Positions 51,279 through 61,100 of a stretch of DNA of 64,000 bases are shown here, in pieces. The position numbers and the translations under genes are program-made. Source of the stretch: Longimicrobiales bacterium. GTDB taxonomy: Bacteria > Gemmatimonadota > Gemmatimonadetes > Longimicrobiales > Gaopeijiaceae. The stretch's first letter is position 1, and each line of letters begins with the position of its first letter. The stretch is from contig CAXXKM010000001.1 in NCBI GenBank assembly GCA_963664435.2, positions 128,001-192,000 on the forward strand, read 5' to 3'. The notes beneath the pieces are model-generated. The model was not told the origin of the DNA, ran no database searches, and saw nothing but the letters and a program-made list of their open reading frames with translations.

Positions 51279-52733
51279 TCAGCTCGGAGAGTGCATGACG
51301 GCGTCGCCGCGCCGGCAGGTGAAGCGCATCAGCGGCCGCCGCTCGCCGCGGGTCAGCTCCAGGTTGTCCGCCGTGATCCGCTGCACGACGGCGACCACAT
51401 CGATCGTTCCCGCCTCGGGATGCGCTCGGGCGTAGCGGCGGGCGTGGCGGACCAGCAGCGACCTGTGCACCGCTTCGAGCTTCGCCGGGCCCAGCTGCAG
51501 CCAGATGTTGCCGACCAGGTAGGACTGCAGCAGCAGATGGCGCATGCTCTGCGGAAAGAGTGCTTCGGAATCGATGCGCGGGCCCCGGTGCCCGCGCATG
51601 CCCTCCGCCTCCCCCACCCTCCTCACCTCGAAGCGCACATGGTAGTTGCGCTCGTCGACCCAGTCGAAGAGCCGGTAGCTCTGATACACCCCCGCCGTCC
51701 AGAGCAGCGCCTGCACCGGGTTGTACCAGCCCCGCGACGAGTAGCGCTCCGTCAGCCGCGTGCCGGTGAACACGATGTCCCAGAGCAGCATGATCGCGAT
51801 CAGCACGACCAGGGCGACCGCCACCAGCCCCGCGGGAGCAAGCCCGGCCGCGGAGACCTCCCGCAGAGGCGGAAGCCCCAGGCCGCCGAGCATGATCTCC
51901 GGGGCGAAGGCGAGCGGCAACACCCCGAGCATGGCGCTGTTGGAATAGGGGATCTTGAGGGTCAGCGCGATCCCTCCATGGAAGATGACGGCTCCCGCCG
52001 CCAGCAGCCACTTGACCGCGGAACCGGCGGGGAGCACGAAGATGAGGGCGAAGAGCGGCTCCACGACCAGGGCGGCGTGGGTGACCCACCGCAGCGGCGT
52101 GCGACACCGCAGCGTCCACAAGTCCGGCGCGCGGGCGATGGGCATCCGGAGGGCCGCGTGCATGGCCGACCCATCCCGCCACATGGGGCTTGTGAACTTG
52201 TAGAACCCCGCAACCACGTAGACGAGCACCATGTTGGCGAGGAATGCCCGCGGTGCCAGGCCCGGAACCGTCGCCAGACTCCACTCCCGAATCTCCGGTC
52301 CGCCGGCCAGCAGATCGGGCAGGGTGAGGGTATGCCCGACCGGAAGCAGCACCAGCCACAGGCAGAACAGGTGTATCATGGCGTCGTCGAGGTACGCAGC
52401 CAGCACGTTCCAGCGGTAGTTGGAGACGGCCGCCAGGAACATGAACGCGGCGGCCGCCCTCGGATGGTATCCCACGACGACCAGCAGCGAGGCCGCGCAC
52501 CCGCCGAGGAAAACGACCCGAAACACCCAGCCGGGCATCCCCGGCTGAAAGAGGCTGAGCCGGGTGGGCGGAAGGAGCCCGACCACCAGCCGGTGGTCGA
52601 TGAGGCCGTCCGGATCGCTGAAGTCCCGCGACTGCCTGAGCGCTCCCAGGAAGTAGAAGAAGAGGACGCCGCCGATCAGGATGCGGGCCATGTCCACGGG
52701 CAGCGCGTAGACGGGTGCGGTGATCGCGCTCAA
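51279..52733 (-). CDS. HTTM-domain membrane protein with extra C-terminal soluble domain
   Basis: Multi-pass; VYVVAGFYK...WRDGSA, VVEP, FHGGI; C-terminal GVYQSYRLFD. Confidence 0.7.
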   Translation of the reverse strand: MSAITAPVYALPVDMARILIGGVLFFYFLGALRQSRDFSDPDGLIDHRLVVGLLPPTRLSLFQPGMPGWVFRVVFLGGCAASLLVVVGYHPRAAAAFMFLAAVSNYRWNVLAAYLDDAMIHLFCLWLVLLPVGHTLTLPDLLAGGPEIREWSLATVPGLAPRAFLANMVLVYVVAGFYKFTSPMWRDGSAMHAALRMPIARAPDLWTLRCRTPLRWVTHAALVVEPLFALIFVLPAGSAVKWLLAAGAVIFHGGIALTLKIPYSNSAMLGVLPLAFAPEIMLGGLGLPPLREVSAAGLAPAGLVAVALVVLIAIMLLWDIVFTGTRLTERYSSRGWYNPVQALLWTAGVYQSYRLFDWVDERNYHVRFEVRRVGEAEGMRGHRGPRIDSEALFPQSMRHLLLQSYLVGNIWLQLGPAKLEAVHRSLLVRHARRYARAHPEAGTIDVVAVVQRITADNLELTRGERRPLMRFTCRRGDAVMHSPS

Positions 52734-52790
52734 TTCAGCGCCACCGGCGCCTTGTCGCCTTGAGCCCGGCCTCGATCACGCAAAGCGATG

Positions 52791-53816
52791 TCAGTCGCTG
52801 GTGCGGGTGCGCTTCGAGGAGTCGATGGACGCCCGATTCTCCCGCAGCAACTCCTCGGCCCCCTCCGGCAGGAACAGCTTGTCCGAGATGTCCGCGATCT
52901 CTTCAGCCTCCTCCCAGGCCTTCTCGAGCAACCAGAGTTCACCCTCCAGGGCGCGTCGCTCCTGCTCTTCGTGGAGCGCCATTTCGAGGGCGAGCTTGTG
53001 CGGCCTGGGCATCTTGTTGATGTAGCCCGGAACGCCCTTCTTGTCCTCGAAGCGCTGTCCCTCCGCGATCCGGACCAGGAATCGCTCCGGATGCCCGGTG
53101 GTTTCGATGAGGTCGACGGCGTTTCCGACCGTGTCCCTGCTCCCGCCCATGCGGTTCATCCTGGGAAGGATCGCCCCTGCGAACCGGCGCGCTTCGACTC
53201 CCTCGAACCAGGTCTTCGTCTTTTTCCTGCGCACCTGAAGCCTGAAGCCCTGCGCGTCATCCGACGGACGCACGCGAGTGCCAAGGAGGTCCTGCTGGTT
53301 GAGCTTCAGAACGCCCCCTTCGGCGGGGTTGAGCTTCACGAGGGTTCGCCGGCTGTTCCAGATGTTGAACCAGTTCGGAATCTGACTGATCACGCCTGCG
53401 CTCAGGCCCGCGGCAACTCCGCCGACCACGATCCCGCCCACCACCGCAATGCCGGCCGCCCCGAACAGGAGAGCCCGCCGCCGCCGCCGCCCGAACTGAT
53501 CCCCGTACCGCCACGCCGCGAACTCGGGACGCATGGGCTGGCCGATGCGCACCAGGGTGAGTCCCTCCGGATGGCGCGCAAGGCCGATGTTGTCGGTGGA
53601 GACGCGGATGCGGGTGCCGCGGAAGAGGCGCTCGCAGTCCTCGACCGCTTCCCAGCGTTCCTCAAGCGGCGTGAGGTTCCAGCGCTCGCATTTCGTGCAC
53701 ACGACCCAGAGGCGGCCCCGGGCGGCGTCGAAGGCCAGCCTCCGCCCGACGGGGAACGACTCCACCACCCCGTTGGTTCCCAGCGGCTTCCGGCAGAACA
53801 TGCACGATGTGTACAC
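52791..53816 (-). CDS. Hypothetical membrane protein with N-terminal zinc-ribbon-like Cys pairs
   Basis: CMFC and CTKC; central TM hairpin; acidic helical C-terminus. Confidence 0.75.
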   Translation of the reverse strand: MYTSCMFCRKPLGTNGVVESFPVGRRLAFDAARGRLWVVCTKCERWNLTPLEERWEAVEDCERLFRGTRIRVSTDNIGLARHPEGLTLVRIGQPMRPEFAAWRYGDQFGRRRRRALLFGAAGIAVVGGIVVGGVAAGLSAGVISQIPNWFNIWNSRRTLVKLNPAEGGVLKLNQQDLLGTRVRPSDDAQGFRLQVRRKKTKTWFEGVEARRFAGAILPRMNRMGGSRDTVGNAVDLIETTGHPERFLVRIAEGQRFEDKKGVPGYINKMPRPHKLALEMALHEEQERRALEGELWLLEKAWEEAEEIADISDKLFLPEGAEELLRENRASIDSSKRTRTSD

Positions 53817-54040
53817 GGCGCTCCCTGTTGGCTCGGGCGTTCGCGCGCGGAACGTGACGCCGGCTCACCCCGCGGCGACTTGTGTTTTATGCTGCGATCG
53901 TGGCAAGGTGCTGCAGCGGCAAACCTTGCGACTTCTCTACCAGATGTGCCCGCGTTCCGTTTCCCGGCGCTGAAGTCGCCGGCCGAACGCTGACCACCGC
54001 TGGCGCAGGCGCTGATGCCACTTCCTCCGGGATATTGAAC

Positions 54041-54084
54041 CTATACTGACATCTACTGATATCATAACTGCTATCTACTGACAT
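54041..54084. repeat. Four AT-rich ACTG-core direct repeats (spacing 10/12/10 bp)
   Basis: ACTGACATCT, ACTGATATCA, ACTGCTATCT, ACTGACATAT at 54045, 54055, 54067, 54077. Confidence 0.6.
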
Positions 54085-54215
54085 ATTTCGGAGGGTGATT
54101 CAACGTCCCGCCGTTGACGATCGGCGCTGTTACTACGCTGCGGTCTCCGATCGCCAGCCGGCTGGTCTCGCCGCCCCTCTCCAACGCCAGACGGATTGAG
54201 ACGGAGGAAACACAC

Positions 54216-55409
54216 ATGGGTCAGGAAACCACGGCACTCATCACCGATCCGATGGGGGTATTCGGCTTCCTGGCCGCCCTCGTGGCGCTGGTCTTCTGGG
54301 TCTCGGAACTGCCCCGCTTCCGCAAGGTGTTCGAGGTCGTCCCGCCGGTCATCTACGTCTACTTCCTGCCCATGCTGGCGACGACCGCCGGGATCACCCC
54401 CGCCGAATCCCCGCTCTACGGCTGGACGGTGCCCTACCTGCTCCTCTTCGCACTCCTGATGCTGATGGTCTCGGTGGACCTGGGGAGCGTCGTCAAGCTG
54501 GGGGGCACGGCGCTCTTCATGGTGGCGGCCGGCACCGTGGGGATCATCATCGGGGGCCCGATTTCGCTCCTGATCTTCGGGGACATGCTGCCACCCGACG
54601 CGTGGACCGGCTTCGCGGCGCTCTCCGGCAGCTGGATCGGGGGAACCGCCAACATGGTGGCCATCGCCGAAAGCGTCGGCACGTCGCCCGACGCCATGGG
54701 GCCGGCGATCGTGGTCGACACCGTGGTCGGATACGGATGGATGGGCGTGCTGATCGCGATGGTCGGGCTGCAGGGGCGTTTCGACCGGCGCACCCGGGCG
54801 CGCACCGAGGCGATCGAGGAGACCAACCGCCGCCTGGAGGCCATCAACCGGGAACGCCGCCCGATGTCGATGCGCGACGCGGTCATCATGATCGGGTTCG
54901 GGATGGCGTGCGCGGTGGGCGCCCGGCAGGTCGGCGCGATGCTCCCGGCCGTCGGTGATCCCACCATCATCAGCGGCACCACCTGGGCCATCCTGATCGT
55001 CGTGACCGGCGGACTGATCCTGTCCTTCACCCGGCTGAGGGAACTGGAGAGCGTAGGGGCGTCACACCTGGGCTACACGGCGCTCTACCTGCTGCTGGCC
55101 GGGATTGGGGCCCAGGCCGACCTGAGGGCCGTGCTCCAGACTCCTGTCTACCTCGCGGCGGGAGCCGTGTGGATCGCGATCCACCTGGCGGTGCTGCTGA
55201 TCGCCGCCCGCATCGTGCGCGCGCCCCTGTTCTTCGTGGCCACCGGGAGCATGGCCAACGTCGGCGGGGCGGCGTCCGCGCCGGTGGTCGCGGGGGTGTA
55301 CCACCGGGCGATGGCCCCGATCGGGCTGCTCATGGCCGTGGCGGGCTACATCCTGGGCATCTACGGGGCGCTCGCGTGTGCGTGGCTGCTGGGTCAGGTG
55401 GGAGGATGA
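54216..55409 (+). CDS. DUF819-family multi-pass membrane protein
   Basis: GSWIGGTANM and SMANVGGAASAP motifs; GGAGG ribosome-binding site. Confidence 0.8.
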   Translation: MGQETTALITDPMGVFGFLAALVALVFWVSELPRFRKVFEVVPPVIYVYFLPMLATTAGITPAESPLYGWTVPYLLLFALLMLMVSVDLGSVVKLGGTALFMVAAGTVGIIIGGPISLLIFGDMLPPDAWTGFAALSGSWIGGTANMVAIAESVGTSPDAMGPAIVVDTVVGYGWMGVLIAMVGLQGRFDRRTRARTEAIEETNRRLEAINRERRPMSMRDAVIMIGFGMACAVGARQVGAMLPAVGDPTIISGTTWAILIVVTGGLILSFTRLRELESVGASHLGYTALYLLLAGIGAQADLRAVLQTPVYLAAGAVWIAIHLAVLLIAARIVRAPLFFVATGSMANVGGAASAPVVAGVYHRAMAPIGLLMAVAGYILGIYGALACAWLLGQVGG

Positions 55410-56071
55410 CTCGGGCACCGATGTGCCTGCTCCTGCTCGCCGCCGCCTGCTCCCCTGCCCCGGCCGACCCCGACCCCGCGCTCGTCGAGGCGATCGACTG
55501 GTACACGGGGGTGGCGGGAAGCGTCGACGACGCCCGTGCCCACGAACTGCTCGAACAGGCGGTCGACCGCGGGGGCCCGCTCGAGCTGATGTGGCTGGCG
55601 CGCGTCCACTCCACCGGCCGGATGGGGTTCCCCCGCGACGAGGATCGGGCGCGCGGGATCGCCGCGGAGGTCATCGAGGAAGTGGAGCGCGCGGCCGAGG
55701 CGGGCGTGCTGGAGGCCGTCTTCCTGATGGGCACCGCCTACGACGAGGGGCTGGGCAAGCCGGTCGATCCCGGGCAGGCCGCGGTCTGGCACCGCCGGGC
55801 CGCCGAGCGGCGGCATGTGCTCGGGGCCCACAACCTGGGGAATCAGTACGCTGCCGGACGGGGGGTGGAGGAGGACCCCGCCCTGGCGGCGGAATGGTGG
55901 CTGCGGGCCGCCGAACGGGGGGACGCCATCACCCAGCTCCGGCTCGGCGAGGCCTACGAGTCAGGCCGGGGTGTACCCCTCGACCTGGATCGGGCGCGGG
56001 AGTGGTACGGCCGCGCGGCCGCGGCGGGAAACGCGCAGGCGCGGGAGGCGCTGGAGCGGCTGGAGGGGTAG
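55406..56071 (+). CDS. Sel1-like repeat lipoprotein
   Basis: AAAC lipobox; repeats such as LGNQYAAGRGVEEDPALAAEWWLRAAERG. Confidence 0.88.
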   Translation: MTRAPMCLLLLAAACSPAPADPDPALVEAIDWYTGVAGSVDDARAHELLEQAVDRGGPLELMWLARVHSTGRMGFPRDEDRARGIAAEVIEEVERAAEAGVLEAVFLMGTAYDEGLGKPVDPGQAAVWHRRAAERRHVLGAHNLGNQYAAGRGVEEDPALAAEWWLRAAERGDAITQLRLGEAYESGRGVPLDLDRAREWYGRAAAAGNAQAREALERLEG

Positions 56072-56090
56072 GGGTCTCGACTCAGCCTGA

Positions 56091-56130
56091 TTGACAAAAT
56101 AACGACTCTGTCGTCATTTTACCCGTCAAT
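56091..56130 (+). promoter_or_regulatory. Putative sigma-70 promoter overlapped by a palindromic operator
   Basis: TTGACA at 56091; AAAATAACGAC-TCT-GTCGTCATTTT palindrome (10/11). Confidence 0.55.
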
Positions 56131-57294
56131 ATGACGACTCTAGCGCGATTTTTCACGGTTCCGCGCGGCAGCTTCTTCCTCTTCGGCCCGCGCGGGACGG
56201 GCAAGACCACCTGGTTGCGCGAAGCACTCCCGGACGCACTCTTGGTGGACCTGCTCCGTGCGGAGGAATATCGACGGCTTGCCGCTCGCCCGGAGCGGTT
56301 GCGTGAGTTGGTCCGCGCCGTTCCACCCGGCGGAGATATCGTGGTGGACGAGATCCAGCGCGTCCCCGAGCTGCTCAACGTGGTGCACGAACTTATGGCG
56401 ATGAGGTCCGGCCACCGCTTCGTGCTGACGGGATCCAGCGCCCGGACGCTGCGTCGCGGTGGGGTCAACCTCCTGGCGGGCCGCGCGATCGTACGCACGA
56501 TGCACCCCTTCATGGCCGGGGAGCTGGGGTCCGCGTTCGACCTTGCGACGGCCCTCACGCTGGGAACCGTCCCGACCGTCCTCTCGTCCGAAGATCCCGC
56601 GTCCGCGCTGACCGCCTACGCGTCCCTCTACGTCGAGCAGGAAGTTCGCGCCGAGGGCTTGGTTCGGGACGTGGGCAGCTTCTCGCGGTCCCTCGAAGCC
56701 GCTGCATTCTCCCACGCCGCGACGCTGAACGTGAGCGAAATCGCCCGCGAATGCGAGACGAGCCGGTCCACCGTCTCCGGCTACCTCGAGTTGCTCGAGG
56801 ATCTCCTGCTGGCATTCCGCCTTCCGGTCTTCACACGGAGGGCCAAGCGGCGCCTCGTGGCACATCCCCGCTTCTTCTACTTCGACTGCGGCGTATTCAG
56901 GAACCTGCGTCCCTCGGGACCTCTCGACCGGCCCGAAGAGATCGCGGGTCCGGCGCTCGAGGGGCTGGTCGCGCAGCATCTGCGCGCGTGGCTGGCCTAC
57001 TCCGAAACGGACGGAAGGCTGTACTACTGGCGCACCCGGACGGGCGCCGAGGTCGATTTCGTCCTCTACGGGACCCTCGGCATCTGGGGCATCGACGTCA
57101 TGAACGCCGCACGCATCCGTCCTGCCGATCTCCGGGGACTCGGGGCCTTCGGTGACGAGTATCCCGAAGCCCGCCGGATCCTGCTCTACCGTGGCGAGCA
57201 TCGGCTGGTTCGGAATGGCGTGCTCTGCCTTCCCGTCGATGCGTTTCTGGCCGGACTTGGTCCGTCGAGCGCATTGGAGGACATGGTCGGATAG
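56131..57294 (+). CDS. AAA+ ATPase with DUF4143 and C-terminal restriction-endonuclease-like domain
   Basis: GPRGTGKTT, VVDEIQRVP, LTGSS, LAGRA, FFYFDCG, YYWRT..GAEVDFV. Confidence 0.88.
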   Translation: MTTLARFFTVPRGSFFLFGPRGTGKTTWLREALPDALLVDLLRAEEYRRLAARPERLRELVRAVPPGGDIVVDEIQRVPELLNVVHELMAMRSGHRFVLTGSSARTLRRGGVNLLAGRAIVRTMHPFMAGELGSAFDLATALTLGTVPTVLSSEDPASALTAYASLYVEQEVRAEGLVRDVGSFSRSLEAAAFSHAATLNVSEIARECETSRSTVSGYLELLEDLLLAFRLPVFTRRAKRRLVAHPRFFYFDCGVFRNLRPSGPLDRPEEIAGPALEGLVAQHLRAWLAYSETDGRLYYWRTRTGAEVDFVLYGTLGIWGIDVMNAARIRPADLRGLGAFGDEYPEARRILLYRGEHRLVRNGVLCLPVDAFLAGLGPSSALEDMVG

Positions 57295-57345
57295 CCGTCC
57301 GTGCCGGCTCGCCACCGGTACTCCGGCTGTCCCGCGCCCAGGCAA

Positions 57346-57762
57346 TCAGCGCAGGTCCCGGGGCCAGATCGCCGGCTGGCCCTTCAGCTTGACGGCTCCG
57401 AAGTCGCGCAGATCCAGCGTTGCGATCGCCTGCGCTTCCAACCGCTCCGCTACCGCCATGACGACGCCGTCGACCAGCCCGAACGAGAGGCTACGATGGG
57501 CGCGGTCGAGCTCCAGCGCCCTCCGCACATCGGACCAGCCACCCCATTCGACGGCGAAGCAGCCTTCCTCCAGGTCGGCGTGGAATGCCCTGTGCACGGC
57601 GGGGCCGACCGTGCGGGGAATCATGTAGTCCAACTCGGGGAGGATCGCCCACGGCAATACCCACTGGTCCCGGCAGGCACGGAACGCCTCCGCCAACGCC
57701 CCGTGGGAACGACTCCCCCGATCGAGAAGTCCCAGCAGCGCACTTGTGTCGGCCACGATCAC
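57346..57762 (-). CDS. vapC: PIN-domain toxin (VapC family)
   Basis: IVADTSAL, LPELDY, GLVDG, IATLDLRDF acidic tetrad. Confidence 0.88.
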   Translation of the reverse strand: MIVADTSALLGLLDRGSRSHGALAEAFRACRDQWVLPWAILPELDYMIPRTVGPAVHRAFHADLEEGCFAVEWGGWSDVRRALELDRAHRSLSFGLVDGVVMAVAERLEAQAIATLDLRDFGAVKLKGQPAIWPRDLR

Positions 57763-58073
57763 GGGGCCGGATCCCCGGGCTCAGGGTGCGGGCGGTGCTC
57801 GGCGGCCGGTGCCGTGCCACGGTCCTCGGCGTCTGTAAGACCCTCTGCGCCGAAGCCGTCCAACATGTCCTCGTACCTCTCGGCCAGGTCGGCGACGCCG
57901 CTGTCTCCCATGCCGATGGACCGTGGCCATCGACGCTCGGTTGCGCGAGCCGCATACTCGGCCACCGCCTCGCGAACCAGCTCCGCCGCCGAACGCTTCT
58001 GGTCGGCCGCCAGCGACTTGAGCGTGCGGTAGTCGGCCGCATCCAGGTACACGGTGGTCTTGATCGTCTTCAT
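57759..58073 (-). CDS. CopG/ribbon-helix-helix antitoxin (VapB-like)
   Basis: KTTVYLD...SAAELVREAVAEY; GTGA overlap with the toxin. Confidence 0.85.
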   Translation of the reverse strand: MKTIKTTVYLDAADYRTLKSLAADQKRSAAELVREAVAEYAARATERRWPRSIGMGDSGVADLAERYEDMLDGFGAEGLTDAEDRGTAPAAEHRPHPEPGDPAP

Positions 58074-58078
58074 GGGGT

Positions 58079-58107
58079 ATGGTATATGGTAACCATATGT
58101 ATGGCAA
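58079..58107 (-). promoter_or_regulatory. Promoter/operator of the TA operon (TTGCCA-N17-TACCAT, probably leaderless)
   Basis: -10 lies 5 nt before the ATG; perfect inverted repeat ATATGGT-A-ACCATAT at 58084-58098. Confidence 0.65.
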
Positions 58108-58117
58108 CTACGGCAGC

Positions 58118-61100
58118 CTATTCCAGCAAACCAGCCAGCGCCGAAGCTCCCTCCAGGCCCGCGTCGGAGCGTGCAAGTTCCTGCCGCTGCGCGCGGGAGA
58201 GCCAAGTCACCTGGCTGCCCGTCGCACCTCGCGTGACGGCGAGCACGTCGTCGATCTGTTCCGCGACGGCGGCAACATGAGAGATCACGCCCACCATCCG
58301 ACCTTTGCCCGCGACCAGCGAGAGAGCCTCGATGGCCGAGTCGAGGTTGCTGCGGTCCAGCGATCCGAAGCCCTCGTCCAGGAAGAGCGACTCCAGGCGG
58401 CCGCCGCTCCGGGCCATCATCTCCACCATGCCGAGCGCGAGCGCAAGCGACCCGATGAACTGTTCCCCGCCCGAGAGGCTGGCAGGTGAGCGCGCCTGCC
58501 CCGAGTCGTTGTCGACGACCAGCCACTGCTGGTCCGCCAGGTCGCCCGGGTCGGCGAAGGCGTAGCGGCCCGCCGTCATCTCCTCCAGCATCCTGGACGC
58601 GTACACCAGCAGGTCGCGCGAACGCCGCAGCGTGAGCCACTTGAGGAATGCACCCGGCTTGAGCGCGGCGTCGAGGTCGCCCAGAGCGAGCTCAAGTGCG
58701 GCGACCTCGTTGGCGGTCTGGCGGAGTTTCAGGAGGTCGTCGAGGATCGCGGCGAAGGCGTCCAGAGCCTCCTTCGCGGTCCGGGCGTTGAAGTCTGCTT
58801 CGGTAGCAGCCCTTCCGGTGAATTGGACCAGGGCGTCGAGGTCGGTCGGGTCGGCGGAAGGGTCGAGTTGCTCGGCGATCTTTCGGGCCTCGCTTTGGGC
58901 CTCTTCGACGGCAGCGAGAGCGCGCCGGCGCTGGTCCGCGGCCAGCGCCACCGCCTCGGCCATCGCTTCGCGGAGGTGGCCGATCCCCTCCCGTAGCGAC
59001 TCCGCGTCCACCGGGTAGTAGATGGCCGCGGGGACCGAGATGTCAGCAGCCAAGTCGCGAACAGCGTCCGCCAGAGCGGTTCGGTGGTCGGCCAGTGCCC
59101 GCACCAGGGCCTGTAGAGGTTCCTCGACCTCGGTTTTGCGGGTTTCCTCGAGACCTCGGAGCTCGGTTCTGGTCTCTTCGATCTTGGTGCCAAGGCGTTT
59201 CCGGTTCCGCTCGCGCTGCTGAAGGATCTTCTCGCGCTCCCCGGCGGCGTAGGAGGCGCGGTCGACAGGTGTGATATCGACCGTCTCCAGTTCCACGGGG
59301 TCGGACGGAAAAACCAGTCGGGGGCGGTATGGCGGGACGATGGATTGGATGCTCCGGTTCAGGGCGCCGAGAGCTTCGCCAGCCGTGTCCCGGATGCTGT
59401 CGAGGTTGCTCCGTGCGTGCACGTGTGTCTGCCTGGCCGAGGCCTCTGCGATCCGCGCATTTGTCTGCGTTTCGCCCAGCCTGTGGGCCTCGGTGCTGTG
59501 CTCGCTCAGCTTCGCATCGGCTTCTTCCAGTTGCCGCTGAACCGGGGCAAGGACCTGTTCCCGGTCCGGCAACGCCGCGTCCACTGAGAGCGAGGGGGCG
59601 TCGTCCAGCCCGGCGGCGGTGAGAAGTTGGTTAAGGGCGCCAGAATACTTGGACCGGAGATCACCTAATTCTTTCCTGATATCCCCTATCCGCTGCTGGC
59701 CGGATTCCTGCTTCGTCTCGAGATTGGTCACGATTCCGCTCGCCTCTTCGGTCTGCGACCTCGCCGCCTCCCGCGCCTCGCGCGCCGCATCCAGACCGGT
59801 GTCCTGTGGCGGCGTCCAACCCTGGGGGAGGTCGCTTTGGCAAACGGGACATTCGTCGCCCGGACAGAGATCGTGGGCGGCGGCCGCGGCGGCGTTGGTG
59901 CGCTGCGCCTCGCTTAGTTCCCGTTCGGCTCGTCGCAGGCGCTCTCGCGCCTCCTGGAGATCACGCCGCGCGCTGTCCAACCGTGTGATGACCTCGTCCA
60001 CTCCCTGCTCCTGCCCGGCCAACGCCTCCTCCGTCGAGCGCCTGCGATCTCGAAGGTCGCTGCACTTCTCATACTGGCGCTCGGCCGTCACCAGGAGTTC
60101 ACGGGCGGAGCGGCAGGCTTGGACGAAGGGCGGCTCCAGTGCCTGGTGCTCCGTCACCCGATCCGTGGCCGATGTGAGGGCTCGCTGCGCATTGGCATGT
60201 GCCCGCTCCGCCTCGGCCTCGTCGGCGATCGCCTCACGCAGCGTCGCGGCCGCACTGACAGCATTGAGCACCTGCGCCGGAATCGCGTCCAGCGCGTCCA
60301 GCGTGCGTGCGATCTCGTGATGGTCGGGGCCGTCGTCCGTAGGAATCCCGTTCAGCTCTCGCTTCAAGCTGGCCTTTTGGCCCTCCAGTTCCGTCGTCTC
60401 GGCTTCTATCCGGCGCTGCTCGATCTCCACCGGAGCAAGCTGATCCGTCAGTTTGTCCATCGCTGCCGGGATCACGCTCTCGCTCGCTTTCCCGGCCGCT
60501 GCGATCGTCTCCTCGGAGGTGCGGAGGGTATCCCGGGCCTGCGTAGATCGGTCCCGGAGGCCGGCCAAGGCACCCGCCTTAAGGCTCGCCGCCTCGGCCT
60601 TGGAGGTCAGATCGGCCAAGTGCTCCTCGGGGTCATCCGGATGCCGTTGCACCTCATCCTGCAGCCGAAGTCCCAGCATTCCGACCTCGCCCAGCCGCCG
60701 CCCGGCCACCTCACCCGCCGCCTCCAGGTCCTGGGTGCGCCAGACCTGGCGCAGGATCTCGGTGCGCGCGGACGGTGCGTCTTCGACCAGAAGACGGGCG
60801 AAGCGGCCCTGCGGCAGGATCACGGTGCGGAGGAAGGCGTCGCTGTCGAGTCCGATCAACGCCTGAACACGGTTGTTGACCGGCTTGACCTTCTCGACCT
60901 TCTCCAGCGTCTCGCCGTCTGGCCCGTAGCGAACGAGCTGCGCCCGGGGAGGGCCAAGCCCCCCTGCCCCCGTGCGCCGGTCCACCCTTGTGACTTCCCA
61001 CTCTCCGCCAGCCACCCGGAAGCGCAGCACGACGCGCATGACGTCCGACGTGTCGTTCATCAACTCCTGTTTGGACCGCCCCCCGAGCGAGGTCTGTCCG

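Noticed and set aside
53887..54084. 65-aa minus-strand ORF as an antitoxin remnant
   Set aside because: Only the short RFNIPEEVASA stretch is suggestive; there is no partner toxin and the ORF overlaps the repeat array
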